Translations under genes and position numbers: made by a program | Shown here: piece after piece, positions 32,586-45,927 of the stretch | Numbering within the stretch: the first letter of the stretch is position 1 | How the letters are laid out: each line of letters starts with the position of its first letter | The notes under the pieces: model-generated | What the model saw: only the letters and a program-made list of their open reading frames with translations | What the model was told of the DNA's origin: nothing | The model's database searches: none | NCBI GenBank assembly: GCA_002633005.1 | Contig: NMRA01000215.1 | Span: 474,852-538,851 of the forward strand | Source of the DNA: Phoronis australis | Lineage: Eukaryota > Animalia > Phoronida | Direction of reading: 5' to 3' | Length of the DNA stretch: 64,000 nt

Positions 32586-35251
32586 TTTGACAATCGTCCA
32601 CATAAACAATAATATATTTGAGTACTAGTCTTGAGTTAGCACAAAGTAGATCGAAAAATGGCAGAAACAATTTCGAGTTCGATTTCCATTTCGAGTACAG
32701 AGTTATAACTCCTGGCCCTAGTGTCACAGAAAACTTTCTTCACGTACACATTTGCTTTTCTATAACAATGCCATCGCATTCCTGTCCTTATTGTCTCAAT
32801 TAAAATATGTTCCAACAAAACTCTTGGAATTGTTCTTAAGGCCACACTACTTAGGCGACCGAAGATAACCCGCCGTGACAAGCAACAAATGGGCGTGGTC
32901 TAAAGGAGTGCCCATCTCAAGTTTCTTTTGGAGCCGTCAAGCTTAAGCTTTGATGCATACCGAGAGAAAGCTATACGTTGAATTCTTAATATTATTGAAA
33001 CTAGACAGGAAATTTTCGTGCCGGGCTTTTAATTTAAGCGCTTCCCACAGGAAACTACGTCGCAAGCTCGACCTATAGATATCGGTATATAGGTGTATCC
33101 ATTGTTCAATTTGTTTTTCTTTCTCATAATGAAGAGAATGGTGAGTATTTGTCGGTAACCGTTTGATTTGAGCCCAAGGTACGATATTCGTGCGACATGT
33201 ATTCTTATATCAACCACGACGCAACAAAGGAAAACAAGGTCCCATATGAGACAACCATGCGACGCACTTACGACCGTCGCATGGATCTCGCAAGTTAAAC
33301 AACAGCTTGCGAAATCCATACGCCGTCATATGGAATGGGCTAGTCAATGCTCATTTTCGGATATGGTAATAGACATTGTGTTATGTTAAAGGAAGTCCTA
33401 ATCAAGACAAAATGGTAGCAATATAGCTGGTATCATTAGTGAGCAAAGAAATGGTAAAAATGCGCTGAAAATTTAGGGACCATAGTTGAGTCTCGATTCA
33501 TTGTTTCACGCAGCTGGCCACACGTCTCTTATTATTTCGTCTGTAATGTGGGGACAGTTTCCTTTTATGTTTATGTATTTATTTATATCACCTCCAAAAT
33601 AAAGAACGATTTGAGACCAATTTCCTAACCTTAAGTGATCTAAATGGAAAGTTATTTTTGTGATGATGAGTTTTAAATGGGCAATAACAACCGCACGTTT
33701 TGTAGGTTTTTGTTTTAGATTGCCATTTACTGTTATAAAATCGATTCCATTTTGTTCCTTACTCAGATTAGAACTGATATCTAGGTTTGGAAAGAATTAC
33801 CAAGTAATCATGGCTTCAAAAACCACTTTCTTTAACTTGCTTATCTCGACATGTAAGTTTGTGTCGCTAAGGCAGCAAATGGCCGTCGGAGGAATCCAGA
33901 CGATTTATTGGAACCAGTTTCATTCAACAAAAGATCAGAACGCAATTACGTTGCTTTTGAAGGCCAACGACGCATTTGAAGTGTTCAACACCAAACTGTA
34001 GTTTATTTAATTCCGAAAGTCTGAAGTCAAAGGGTAAGTTAACCTATGGAAGAAGAAACATTATACCAAGAGCGGAGAAATGGTCATCAAGGTATCACAA
34101 AGCGGTAGTCATTTGCCAGTTAGTAAGGTAGGGGAGAGCGAAATTCCCCGAATATACATAATGCCACAATATAAGCCTATGTATAACATAGCAATACGTC
34201 AAACGTTTCCGACAATCACACAAAGTATTTATATCATTAGCACGTTCGCAGTGGTTATCAGTACTGGAAATTCTCGATAAAATTAATTGCCCCAATCACA
34301 ACATCCCAGGTGACCCAGGACGAAGCTGACCAAAATGGCAATCAAGAGACCGTACTGGCGTTATGTTGTGATACAACTAGTTCATTCAGTTCACTCACCT
34401 TATTTCTGACCGTGTCCTGGCCTCAGTTGGCGTATTGACAGTACTAGGTGCATAAATGATGACAAAACAGATAAAGGTTGAACAAATAAAAAACAAAATT
34501 TAAATTACATTTACAATGCTTCGCTGTAAAATGGAATGTTCGTTGAAATGCGTAGCACAGGTAAAAAGAGTGTAGATGGTCTGATGTCTTTGGAAGTGCA
34601 TCAGACGTGCACAGGTCTCATAATTGGGGCCACTGCCACAAAACACATGAGCTAAAACTCTTGGGAGCTCTGTTATCAATCAACAGGTTCTTCACGAAAG
34701 AAGTTTTAAGTCTACCTGTCTACTTTAAAACTGAAACGGAGTTGCCATGCACTACACCTGTATATGTCGTAGGCATGAACTGGTGACATCCAGTAGCTTA
34801 CTCCTTAGCCTATAAAAGCTCAGGAATAGACTCTTCCGAGTGTTTAGGGGGTTCAACGTCAGTGCCGCAGTCAGGACACACTAGGCTCCTCATTTGGTCA
34901 ACGGTGTGTGCGTGTGTCGGGCTAGGTTACCAAAAAGATTGAATGACTTGTCTAACGCCCAATCAATCAAGACCCAGAAGGCCTTTTGAACCTTTTGGTT
35001 TGATCACGTTGGGAAAGTTCTTCTTGGTGCATGCAGAAGTTAAGCGATGTTCAATGGACTGGGTATGTAGACTACCCATTTGCGTAGACTCATCCTTCAG
35101 TAGGATATAGGAATAACATGATCAGATACACTAGGCAAAACGCTAGATCCTATCTTTGCGAGTCTGTCTGCCTTTTAATTGTCATTAATTCATACATGGT
35201 GTATATGGATAGTTTGTTCAATTGCAGAACTAGTAACGACATGGCTTTCTC

Positions 35252-35406
35252 TAGTGCTGTAGTGGTAAAGTTAGAGGTAAGTAGAGCCCAAAGTCCACCG
35301 TATCACATTGAGCACAGAACGTAACTTACGGTGCGTAGGCGCTATATTCAAATGCCAAAAGATGGTTGGCTGCGCCTACGTGCGCCTACGCCCCACTGCA
35401 GCACTG
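35252..35406 (+). mobile_element. hAT-type MITE, 155 bp
   Basis: TIRs TAGTGCTGTAGTGG / CCACTGCAGCACTG; perfect 8 bp TSD GCTTTCTC; inverted second copy at 54735-54890. Confidence 0.88.
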
Positions 35407-38400
35407 GCTTTCTCCAATGCAACTGAACCACTACGAAGAAAATAAACTAGTCAACCATCGAACCGGTTTGTCAGTTCATCTTAAACTGTTGCCTCACCTT
35501 CAACACACATTCCTTGAGGTATTATACATATTGATGCCCGTTCTCCTTTTGGCATACGGTACGCGTGCAAGTTTCGATATTAATCAAAATCTCAAAATCT
35601 TTTGTAAGACTGTGCCAGTCCCTGACAATCACCACACCACAGACTGTGCCAGTCCCTGACAATCACCACATCACATTCGTTTAAGGTGAAACATCGAAGA
35701 TACCCTAATGTACTCAACCTGTACCTCAGGTCAGACAACTAGAATGTGTACCTTAATTTTTGCTGCATTCTCCAGCAACTTATGGCGTCAACTATTATCG
35801 TCAGAATATCCAAATAAACTCAATTAATGCACGAGGCCTTTCTGAGTTTTCAATAATAAAACTGTTATTTTTGAAACTGGCATGTCTCTGGGTATCCACT
35901 ATAAGCGAGTTTAAGGTGTACTCTAACAAGACTTTAGTAATCAATGTCTGTCAGCGTGGGACAGAGAGATCGGCTAATGTTGATTTTCTGGCGGGAAACC
36001 TAGATATTCTAACTCTAAATAGTAAACTAATTTAAACTAGTAGCCGAATGGCTCACATTGTTTAGACTTAGCTCAGCGTCAGAAGATCCAGACTTGCTCA
36101 AAACCAAATTCTATGGCGTAAAATGTCCACCTTCCAATCCTAGTAACACTTCGTTGAATTATAACCATCCCAAAATGTCAACGCACCTGTTCAAGGTCCG
36201 TTAAGCGACGTAATGGTTATATACGGATACAAGTATAGTTACACGCTAATTTTCCTCCGCTGAAATACGCGTGTTATCTTATAATATAAACACTTGGTCA
36301 GCCTCTTATGTTTTCACACATAACACAAATCTAATTTTAAATACACCAACAAAGCAATGCAGTTACGTACATGTATTCAATGTTCCACAATGAGAAAGTG
36401 AGGAAATCTCATCACCGTCTTCAAAACTCATCCAGATTAAGGCCTACCGTTCATGGGTAACGATTACCTTATAATTCTGTCACCTCGAGCCTTCTCTCGA
36501 GCCCGGATTGATAAATCATGGCAATTATTATACTCTGTCTGTGTGTGCAAGCAAAGACGAGGTGACAAATATATTCAAATCCTGTCCAATTTGTGAAACT
36601 ATACCTGAACAGGTGAATCGGTTTTTGTATACAGTACACACAAGTATGCGCTCATGCAACTTAATAGATACAGGTAAAAATCAAAAAACAAGTTAATTAT
36701 CTCCATAATGCTGGATTCAAGAGATTTTTCTTGCATTGATAACAATGGAGTTCATAAATCACATGGTACTGAATTAAAGCGGCCCAATTTTGAAAAGTCT
36801 GACTTGAGCAAAAACGCTGGGCCTTGTCACAACTTCGATTTCTGATTCATTCGATGAATACTATGTTTGGAGATAAACTTTATACCCCGTCACGACCCGG
36901 AAAGGTTGAGTTACAACTTGCACACTAAAAGGGACACCAAAGTGTGTTGGACGTTTCAAATGCAACTAGATCAGTTAAATCTTTCAAAAAATAATTTGCT
37001 GCAACCTTCACAATGGTCGCTCAAACGTTTGTAGCAAGCGTGAAATCTTATAAAATTTCCCAAATGGACTACCTTTATTAACGTATTAATCGACGAAGAA
37101 TTCGCTTTGTGATGCAGTGGGAAAGTGTTTTAGCCGAAAAATGATATTATCTCTGGGATTAGCAAGCTCTTAAACCAGGCGCGCATGACAGTTATGAACA
37201 CTTCTACGAACACCAGGGCTGCTGCGGAACGTCTCTAACGAAATTGCCCATTTTTTGAAGAAATGACTGTAAAAATGAATTCTCCCAGCACCCAATACCG
37301 CCACCCATCACACAAAGAGGTAAAGTGTAGACCTTGAATATACACTTGGGGCTTAAAGGCGAAAATGTTGTGAAAACTTTTGGTTTTTAGATCTCTCAAG
37401 AATACTTATGTTTCAGACAAAATGAACTTCACAAGCGAGATTAGAAAGGGAACAACTCTTAGCCTTTAGCCTGAGTTTGATTTTTTGTTAATCTCAATGA
37501 TTACGGATAACTTGTGCTCTGCGTCCATGTTAAAAAGAATTTACATTGCGAAATTAACCTGATCAGAAATTAGAAATCACAGAAGTGCTTTGAAGGAACT
37601 AAGGATATCAACACGTAGTTAAATGGCACGAATGTGGTGCACTGTGAACACGGCATTATACACGAACTACGTTTAACAGGAGGAATGGAATCTTAATGTC
37701 ATTTTACTTTTACGGTTCTTTTTATGAAAACCTTAGAGAGAATTTATGACAGATTTTCGGGTGACTTCCTTGATGTGCTACACGGCAAGATTGATGAGTA
37801 AGTAAATCTGTAAACAAAATGACTAAATACGTGTTTTGGGCTTACACGAAACGACAGCAAAACCTCTGAATACTTCATGTATACATACGTCCAGTGATCA
37901 ATGGGCCTGTGACCGACATTTTCCTGAAGAGCCTTCTTTCAATTTTGAATAAATGATGTTGTCTTGGTCATCTTTAAAATTTTTTTGACCGAAGCACAAG
38001 TTATAGATATGAATTACATTTGGGGTAGCTATAACTTCATGTAGGCATGCTCAGGCTTAAGTTGCACTTGCCATAAAACGTTGCCGTTGAAACTATTTAA
38101 TTTTAAAGGTCGGTATGTGGATCGCGTTGTGGAGAAAAGTGTTTCTTCGAAGTAATCCCATATCTTCCACCCGTCTGCCGACACGGTGTGCAGATGGGAA
38201 CACGTTATTTGCACGCTGTCGTCGCAAAGATGTCGTGTCAGTGCGGTGGCCAGTTTACAAGATGGAAATAGAAAGAGATCATGTATTAAAAATTTTAACT
38301 TTCTCAAAACTTCGAAATAGCACACCGTTAACTTAAAAACGTTTCATGTACATACAAATCTAAAGGTAATGTGAAAACTGATTCTATTGTACAAATTAAT

Positions 38401-41070
38401 GAATTTGACGAAACAAACGGGCAGGGTGAATGAAAAGCAACTTTCCATGGCTAGGTTTGTGAACGTGATCCTACATCGGAAGTTATCCTACGGTGTTTCA
38501 GCCAGTCAGAGACAGACGTGTCATTGGTCACGTAATAATATATGCGTAGCGTTCAATAACACTAGGGCCTCGCTAGGACCTCGTCAGAAAATCAAGACTT
38601 CACGAGATTACGCGAGATATTGCCGTGCATTTTAAGTGAGAGCACGTGATTTTGGCTAGACATTTGTCAAATACTGGTCTCCCATCATGAAACAACTCAA
38701 AAGCTGCAAAATCATAAAAGTGACTCCAACATTTCTAATAAAAGCGAGTAGTAAAATATCATTGAGTTATAATGTAAAGAGTTTTTGCGCTTCATTTGAG
38801 TTTCAAACTTTATAGACGGCCATTTTGGTTTTGAACGCGTCGTGTACTGACTTGTAAAACGTTAACAAGAGCTTACGTTGCAACATTGCGCGGCTTTGTC
38901 AGACTCGCAAGATTCTAGGCTTAAAAACACTGGTCACACCCGCGCGCATGACAATGACAACGAACGTCGCTGCACCGAACATAACTTCAGCCAGCTTCAC
39001 ATTCAACTGAAGGTTATCAAGGTAGCATTCCGTAGACGCGAGAATCTCACGAAAAAAGCAAGATCACTCAGTTCCCGCAAAATCACGCGACAACGTTGGC
39101 GAAAACTCACTAACGCAACATAGCAAAGTCCCGCACACGGAAAGATGAGATTGAAACATTGAATTATGGGAAAGAATTAATAAAGGATGGCAGACAATAC
39201 TTTGTTTCCTTTCCACAGGCGAACGTCTTTGTTCTACGGAGCGCAGTCCGGCTCTGCCATGCGGCAGAGTAATAACCATTTTCAACTAATAAACGTGAAC
39301 AGCAGAGTACATGCCTGTACATCCACTGCTGAAGAGAAAAATCACCTTCTGTGTTATCAATTGACTAAAGGCAGGTTCTAAGTCAATCTATTAGTTACAC
39401 TCCCCAGTTAAATAGAAAAAAACAGCATAATTGGTTCTGGTCTGCGCCCGACACATTTTGAATCTTGCGCCTTTCTGTTTAAAAAAGCTTTAAGTCAAAT
39501 TTCATGAACCACATCCAAGAAATCGCTTCTAATTTGAGTAACCAAGAATTTGAGAGTAGCTTCGTATTGGAAAGTGGACCTAATCAACTTCCTTGCAGGT
39601 TTGGTGTTTTTGTCACACATTTAATGAGCTGGTCTATAATAACATACGGTGTACTTTACTAAAATGTTTCATTATCCCTGAGCGCAAACCCAAATTACTC
39701 TCAGAGCGAGCTATTTGAATTATTTGAATAAATAATAAACCCATGACAGTGATCCGTAAATGCAAGATTTTAGCATACACTTTACTTATGGAGCAGAAAC
39801 AACTAGAATCCCATGATTCAGAACTCTAACACGTGATCCAGCAGTCCAACCTCACTGACCAATCACTTCGGTGACCGCCATTTTGCTAGATTACAGTAGT
39901 TTCCAGAGTTGGATAGATCTCTGCCAAACTTTGACAAACTTGGATAAACATCTTGCAAGAAGCATATGTCAGTTAACTCGAATTTTTGTAGTGGTAAAAT
40001 AACGCTTTTGTCGAACTCTTGTCGGAGATTAATGAAACGTTATTGCGCCTATTAGCTAATATGCGCAGTAAGTTGTCGCGATTGCGAGAGTCGCGTGGAT
40101 GGAGCAACACCTGTCGAGATTTTGTTGAGATACAGCCAAACTTGTAACGGAATCTTGTCGAAAACCAGTCTCGGTCTTGTGTGCCAATATTTTGTCCAAT
40201 TTCGACGTTGTTCAGTTTACTTTGAAAACTGTTGTAAGGTAATAAGATCTCGAACATTCTCGCTAACTCTCGCCTTTCACTCGAGTCTCGTGTGATTTCG
40301 CTTATTTCGCAAAATACGTGATTTACACTGAGAACGTTCTCCGGCTGTGGTGATTTTACCGAGAATCTTTTGAACTACCAATACGTGCCTTGTGAACTGA
40401 GAGCATTGGCTGTACTAATTCACTCTGCCGGCTCATTTGAGTCAACTGACCCAGGTATCTATATCGTTAAGTCGGACGTCGTCTTCAAGCTCTCTTAGCC
40501 GGAATTGAGCCGACTCAACCGGCGGAGTGGTTAGACCCCACCGTACAGTTTGCCTGCACTTGATTCAAATTGTCGGCTCCCACGGAACATCTGGCTATGA
40601 CATGCGATTGTACTAAAAACAATCAAAGGTCTTAGCTGGTTGACCCGACGGAACCGGCGAAGTGAAACAAGTGCAGACCATGTCATAGAATGGATTCTGA
40701 GGTGAGCTGCCTCTTTCACAGAGGTCGGCTTAACTCGCTCAAAGTGTTAGTAACGTTTGGCAATTTATCAGAAAGGAGTTGCTCTTACTGAGCGTTGGCG
40801 AGGCTCACAAAGCGTTCTTTTGATTGACTTAATATAGTTGACATCACTTTACTCGCTAAAACTGGGTTCAGTGCCCTTTTTGGGAGTGTGTCTATCCGCA
40901 GTTATTGAGATCTACTATTAGATGGGATTTAGACATTATTAGAGAGAAAGGCTATCACTACAGGCGCTTAAAATTACAATGGCGTGCAACAAAGTAAAGG
41001 TTGAGGAATAAAGTTTTATTAGCAAAGTAGCAGTTGTCATTCATTTGTTGTCTTTATCTCCAGTTTTTAA

Positions 41071-41391
41071 AGAGACGATCTCAGAGAGAAACGTAATTTC
41101 ACAGTCACTAACGCGGAATCGAAACCTATAGGTCTCCAATAACAGCCTAACGTTCTGCCGTTGAGCTAAAACCCCACTTGCTAAACGGCAGAGCATTTTA
41201 AGGGAAAATACACCAGCGTACACGTATGGCAGGCAGACAACGGCGAAAATATGGATTTTGTAATAAACCACAAAACACAACGGATGTTGGTGTTTTATAG
41301 ACCTGGACAAATCTAATGACTTCGAGAAATCTATCCTATCCAACAGCAATTCAAGAATGCGTTTTTCGGTCGTAAAATCGATAACATCTCT
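41071..41391 (-). mobile_element. TTAA-flanked MITE with a tRNA-like cassette (family copy)
   Basis: TTAA|AGAGAC...ATCTCT|TCAA; minus strand reads TAGCTCAACGGCAGAACG...GGTTTCGATTCC (A and B boxes). Confidence 0.6.
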
Positions 41392-42448
41392 TCAAATGTA
41401 GTGTAGAATTTGCTATTCAGATTTGGTTTCAATAACAACCAAACAGGGGAGCCATGTAAACAAAAATAGCGGAGAATGAAGTTTTGTGTGCGAGGAGACT
41501 TCACCTCACAATCTAAGTCGGTACTAACTTCTGGTGAAACAGAATTTGGAATAAAGCAAAATATGAAATAATAGAACAAGGGGACCAGTTCTTGGCAAGT
41601 TAATTGAATTTTAAACATGAGTTTTGGCATATAACGTTTCCAGCATATGTTATTTATTAACAGTAAGATGACAGCGATACACCAGTGAAGGTAGTATTGT
41701 CACTATAAATGTTTTAAACAATATTAAGATTTTTAGCAAATAACTCCTTTAAATTATATTTTGAACATAAACGGTGAGTTACCAGTAAATTTTACGTCAG
41801 AAATGTGGAAACAATTTTAGTGGTACCTTCCCTGAGCAACTCAGTATATGCCATTTCGAAAAGTTTATTAAAAAGTTGTGGGACCAATTTTCCCTTCTTC
41901 ACTGCCCTTTCTACTTGTTGACAATGTAAACATGTTGGTAATTAATCAAATGAAAATCAATTAAAGCTCATTGGTCAGGCGAAGTCTAAGGAATTGGGAC
42001 TCATTATTGGTTCTTGTTTGTTTTTGGAGGAGCTTTTATGAAATTTTCTATTTAAGCTGCATTCCCCTTTGTTTAGGCGGTTAAAAATGAAAAGCGAAAA
42101 TGGAATTAGGACTTTTACTCTCATAAAATCCGTGTTGTAATATCGATAGGATTCCATTTCCGTTACTTGCTCAAGACACAGGCAATACGTGCATAATCCG
42201 CAATTATTTCAGGGTCGGTCATCCTCAATAAACTCTGAAGCGTTTTCTTGAGTCGTCGATGCTTTCGATTTTCTTGTAACAGAAATAAAACCCCGTTACA
42301 GTAAGGAATAACATAACATCAATTTCATTAGGGTTAAATGTCCAAATTTTCGTTTTTAGCCAGCTAAACAGAGAGAAATACAGCTTTAAGAGTGAATGAT
42401 ACAAAAATACGCGTTTTCTAAAAAATCTTGGAGGTTTAGAACCAAATA

Positions 42449-42711
42449 CAGTAACGGACAAAAGTACTCAGATAAAATACGGTTTCCCCGTCATGACGGC
42501 TAATTCTGTCGACAGCGAAACTAAGCTGGCAATAACTACAAGAGCGGCAAAATCCTAATTGCACAGTAGCTAGCCACCTTACTAACTGTCATCTTCATTC
42601 GTCTTCATTCTCAATCACGGGAGAAGACTACTCTTGCGATGAATTCTTCCGCCAAGCCGTCATGACGGGGAATTCTGGGTCATCTTTTCTGAATGCGCTT
42701 GTCGTGTACTG
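42449..42711. mobile_element. Tc1/mariner-like MITE
   Basis: TA|CAGTA...TACTG|TA; inner perfect inverted repeat TTCCCCGTCATGACGGCT / AGCCGTCATGACGGGGAA. Confidence 0.65.
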
Positions 42712-44478
42712 TAGGTTGATTCTGATTCCTCTACGTTAACACCAATATGAGGACAGCGAAGATTTATTTCTAAAATGTTGTGTAACACACTCTGTTTGGC
42801 GCGATCTTGAGAACACTTTTTGAAATCATTTAAAAAAAGAAAACAACTCTATTTCGGTTGATTTCTTATCAGACTGATGTTAAGTAGTTACAGTCTTATC
42901 ATTATTAATAACATCATTCATGGAAAATCTCGTTTGATAGTTTAACATGATTGCTCAGAGGTGAAAAATCATACAAATTATTACGCATCAAGATAAACTT
43001 TGAATGGAAAATTGCATCAACCATTAATGTGAATTGTTAAGAAATATTTTATATCATACCATACCATACCATTCATATGAATTCATAGTAATGGTAGATG
43101 TGAATTCGTTCGAAATGTAATGTTTTGTATTCAATACGCGTTTTTATTACATACAAAATATTGCATTTGCATTACAAAGATTAAAACAAGTTTTTTTATA
43201 AATTATCTGAAACTAATTTTTTGAAAATTATATTATACAATACGCTTGACACTGGGCCAGTTGCATTCTCAGAACTTTGGACACCACGACAGTCTAATTT
43301 CGGTTATTAAGGTCTACATTTACGTAAATATATTACAAAACATGTTGTGTTTTTCAAAATTCGTTCCGGGACACTTAGACCGTGTAAGTGGCGTGCGTAT
43401 GTGTAGATGTTTTGAAAATAAATGGCTAAAGTGCTTTTGATACCAAAATCTCAACCGCCAACAATTTGTAACAAAACAGAATCCCGAATTATTTTTCATA
43501 ACAGACACACATGTTTATCTTAGGCAAAGTAAATTGATTATTGGATAATTCAAACACGTTGTAATACATGTTTCCTTAACCATTTATCATTCTTGTCGAA
43601 CTCGTTGAGTTTTACCCCCTTGCGTTTAACCAGTGCACTTAGCCTTTTACAACCAAAGTCATCGTGAAACCATTTAAAACTGGGATATTAAATGTTTATT
43701 AATAAGTACATAAGGTCACTTTAAAACTCAACGTGGTGTGCATCTGACAGTCGTAAGTTGGAATGCTCCCCTATCCATCAAGAAACTAAGCGTACCGACC
43801 ACTCGAGTGCAATCTCACATCATTCCAGGTAAAGCTCAAAGCTCGCGTGTAAAATTTTGTACTATACATGTACAACTGAAAGTCTTCTCTCGATAAATCG
43901 AATTAGTTCGGGTTCATTGTAATCCCCAGTCGTTAGTTTGGGGTTAAACCTATGTTTTGAATACCAGCGCTAATGAACCTTTAAGTGGTCGAGACGCACC
44001 GTCTACAATAGACTAGTTAATGCGTTTATTTTTATTTATTTGTAAACATTCTTAATTCGACGATGACGACTTTTACACTAATCGTAGAGCATCATTCTAA
44101 TTCGCTGCGGCATTAAAGCGACACGCTCGCTTTTTAGGGTCAAAACTCAATGTTATGAATATTGTTGGAGGGAATTAATTCTTGATGCTATTAGGTTTGA
44201 CCAGGGGTCAGTTCCGTGAAACTGATTTAAAACTTGAAATATTAAATTGATCTTACCGTCCCACTTCATGATTTCTGGATAAAGTTGTAGCCAAGTAATT
44301 TCAATTACTTAAAAAGAGCGCATCATAGTGTAGAAATATTTTATAGAAATTGGCTCAGTAACTAGCAGGTGTGTGTATATTCTCAGAGACTTAGCACTTC
44401 TGGTCAAATAGGATTTAATTATTTTTTCAGAAACAGTTTTGTGGAGTGTTAAGTCATTTTCCACGAAACAAACCCCTA

Positions 44479-44747
44479 AGCTACAAAAACAACAAATTAT
44501 GCTGTGTTTTTATGATTTTAGTACAAATCGCGAATTCTCATCCTTTTCTGCCGGTCATTCGCTGAAATCAAGGCTGGTGACTTTACTAGTTAAACGCGCT
44601 TGGAATATTCAGCCAATTATTTAACAACAGGGTTTAAGCCCATCACCAAAGTGTTGCTATGAAGCTGCTGAGTCTGTGAGTTCGATTGCGCGTTGGGGCA
44701 GGACTCAGAAAGAAAACCACTTGTATAGCCGATAAGGCCACTTTACT
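44479..44747 (+). mobile_element. tRNA-cassette MITE family copy
   Basis: GCTACAAAAACAAC...CATTCGCTGAAATCAAGGCTGGTGACTTT...GAGTTCGATTGCGCG, colinear with 31575-31859. Confidence 0.55.
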
Positions 44748-45255
44748 TAGCTTGTAGATTTATTTGGAGCTTAAATTCACGATGCCAATGAAAGTTTTCG
44801 CAACTACTTGTATCGCTTCTAACCTAAGCGTTACCCGAGCTGTAGCCAGTACACGACGTACACTCATTGAAGAGCCGTTTAGGTAAAATGACTATTACGG
44901 TGGGACATTACATTTCACTCAGTGGCGGTTGTCGATGGAATGTTTTTGCAACTTTTGTTTGCGTAATGAAAATCGAGTTACATCTGTGAAATAAGAAGAC
45001 AAGTTAGCACTTTTCATTTCCTATAATTATACTGCTACCGGAATTTCGCTCACAGGGGTTATTTTTGGTTAAAAATCACTAGTTGTCTAACTCATTTATG
45101 AACAATAAAGTGTATCCCAATAACCCAACAACCCAAAACCTACTGACCTTGACCCACTCCGTCATTGCTTAATCACAATTTGAATGATTTATAACTAATA
45201 AAACCTTTCATGTACAATTTAGTTAATTTTCAGTCATTTTGAAAAGAGAGGACTC

Positions 45256-45518
45256 TAAGATAACTGACAAGGTTCGTGCGTTAAGATAACTGACAATGTT
45301 CGTGCGTTAAGATAACTGACAAGGTTCGTGCGTTAAGATAACTGACAAGGTTCGTGCGTTAAGATAACTGACAATGTTCGTGCGTTAAGATAACTGACAA
45401 GGTTCGTGCGTTAAGATAACTGACAAGGTTCGTGCGTTAAGATAACTGACAAGGTTCGTGCGTTAAGATAACTGACAATGTTCGTGCGTTAAGATAACTG
45501 ACAAGGTTCGTGCGTTAA
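45256..45518. repeat. 26 bp minisatellite, 10 copies
   Basis: Unit TAAGATAACTGACAA(G/T)GTTCGTGCGT, head to tail with no spacers. Confidence 0.97.
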
Positions 45519-45589
45519 TTCTAAACACAGTATACACAAACTGTATGGAAGACACGAGCATCGTTTTTTTCTTAATGCTGTCTTTGGCA

Positions 45590-45927
45590 ATTATGGGTTT
45601 TACGGCCGATAAACGCATTCTCATTATTATTGGTGTGGGATAGACTTAATGTACTTGTAAGTTTTGACGAGAGCTATAACACAACAAAAAGCGGTGTTTT
45701 TAATATTTCATTAAAAATCGCCAAACCTAACCATTGTCCGCCAGACATTCGCCGAAATCAAGGTAGGTGTCTTTACCATGAAAATATACTTTGCTACAAA
45801 TCGCGAGATTTGGCACAATGGCAGAGCGTGCAGTTGCTACTGCGGAGATAGTGGAATCGAATTCGCACTTCTGAAAATCAGATAATTTCTGTAAAATTCC
45901 TTTTTTCGCCTAAAATATCCCTTTTAA
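45590..45927 (+). mobile_element. tRNA-cassette MITE family copy
   Basis: CATTCGCCGAAATCAAGG core; A-box-like TGGCACAATGGCAGAGCG; ends ATATCCCTTTTAA. Confidence 0.55.

Noticed and set aside
34500-35100. Minus-strand coding-like fragment with LVCPDCG
   Set aside because: Many stops and no recognisable family; may be a transposon relic but cannot be supported.
41105-41180. Functional tRNA gene (also near 31760, 45810 and 61070)
   Set aside because: Only A/B-box-like remnants; no convincing cloverleaf or acceptor stem, and all lie inside a dispersed repeat.
45256-45518. CRISPR array
   Set aside because: The repeats are contiguous with no unique spacers, there are no cas genes, and the context is eukaryotic.
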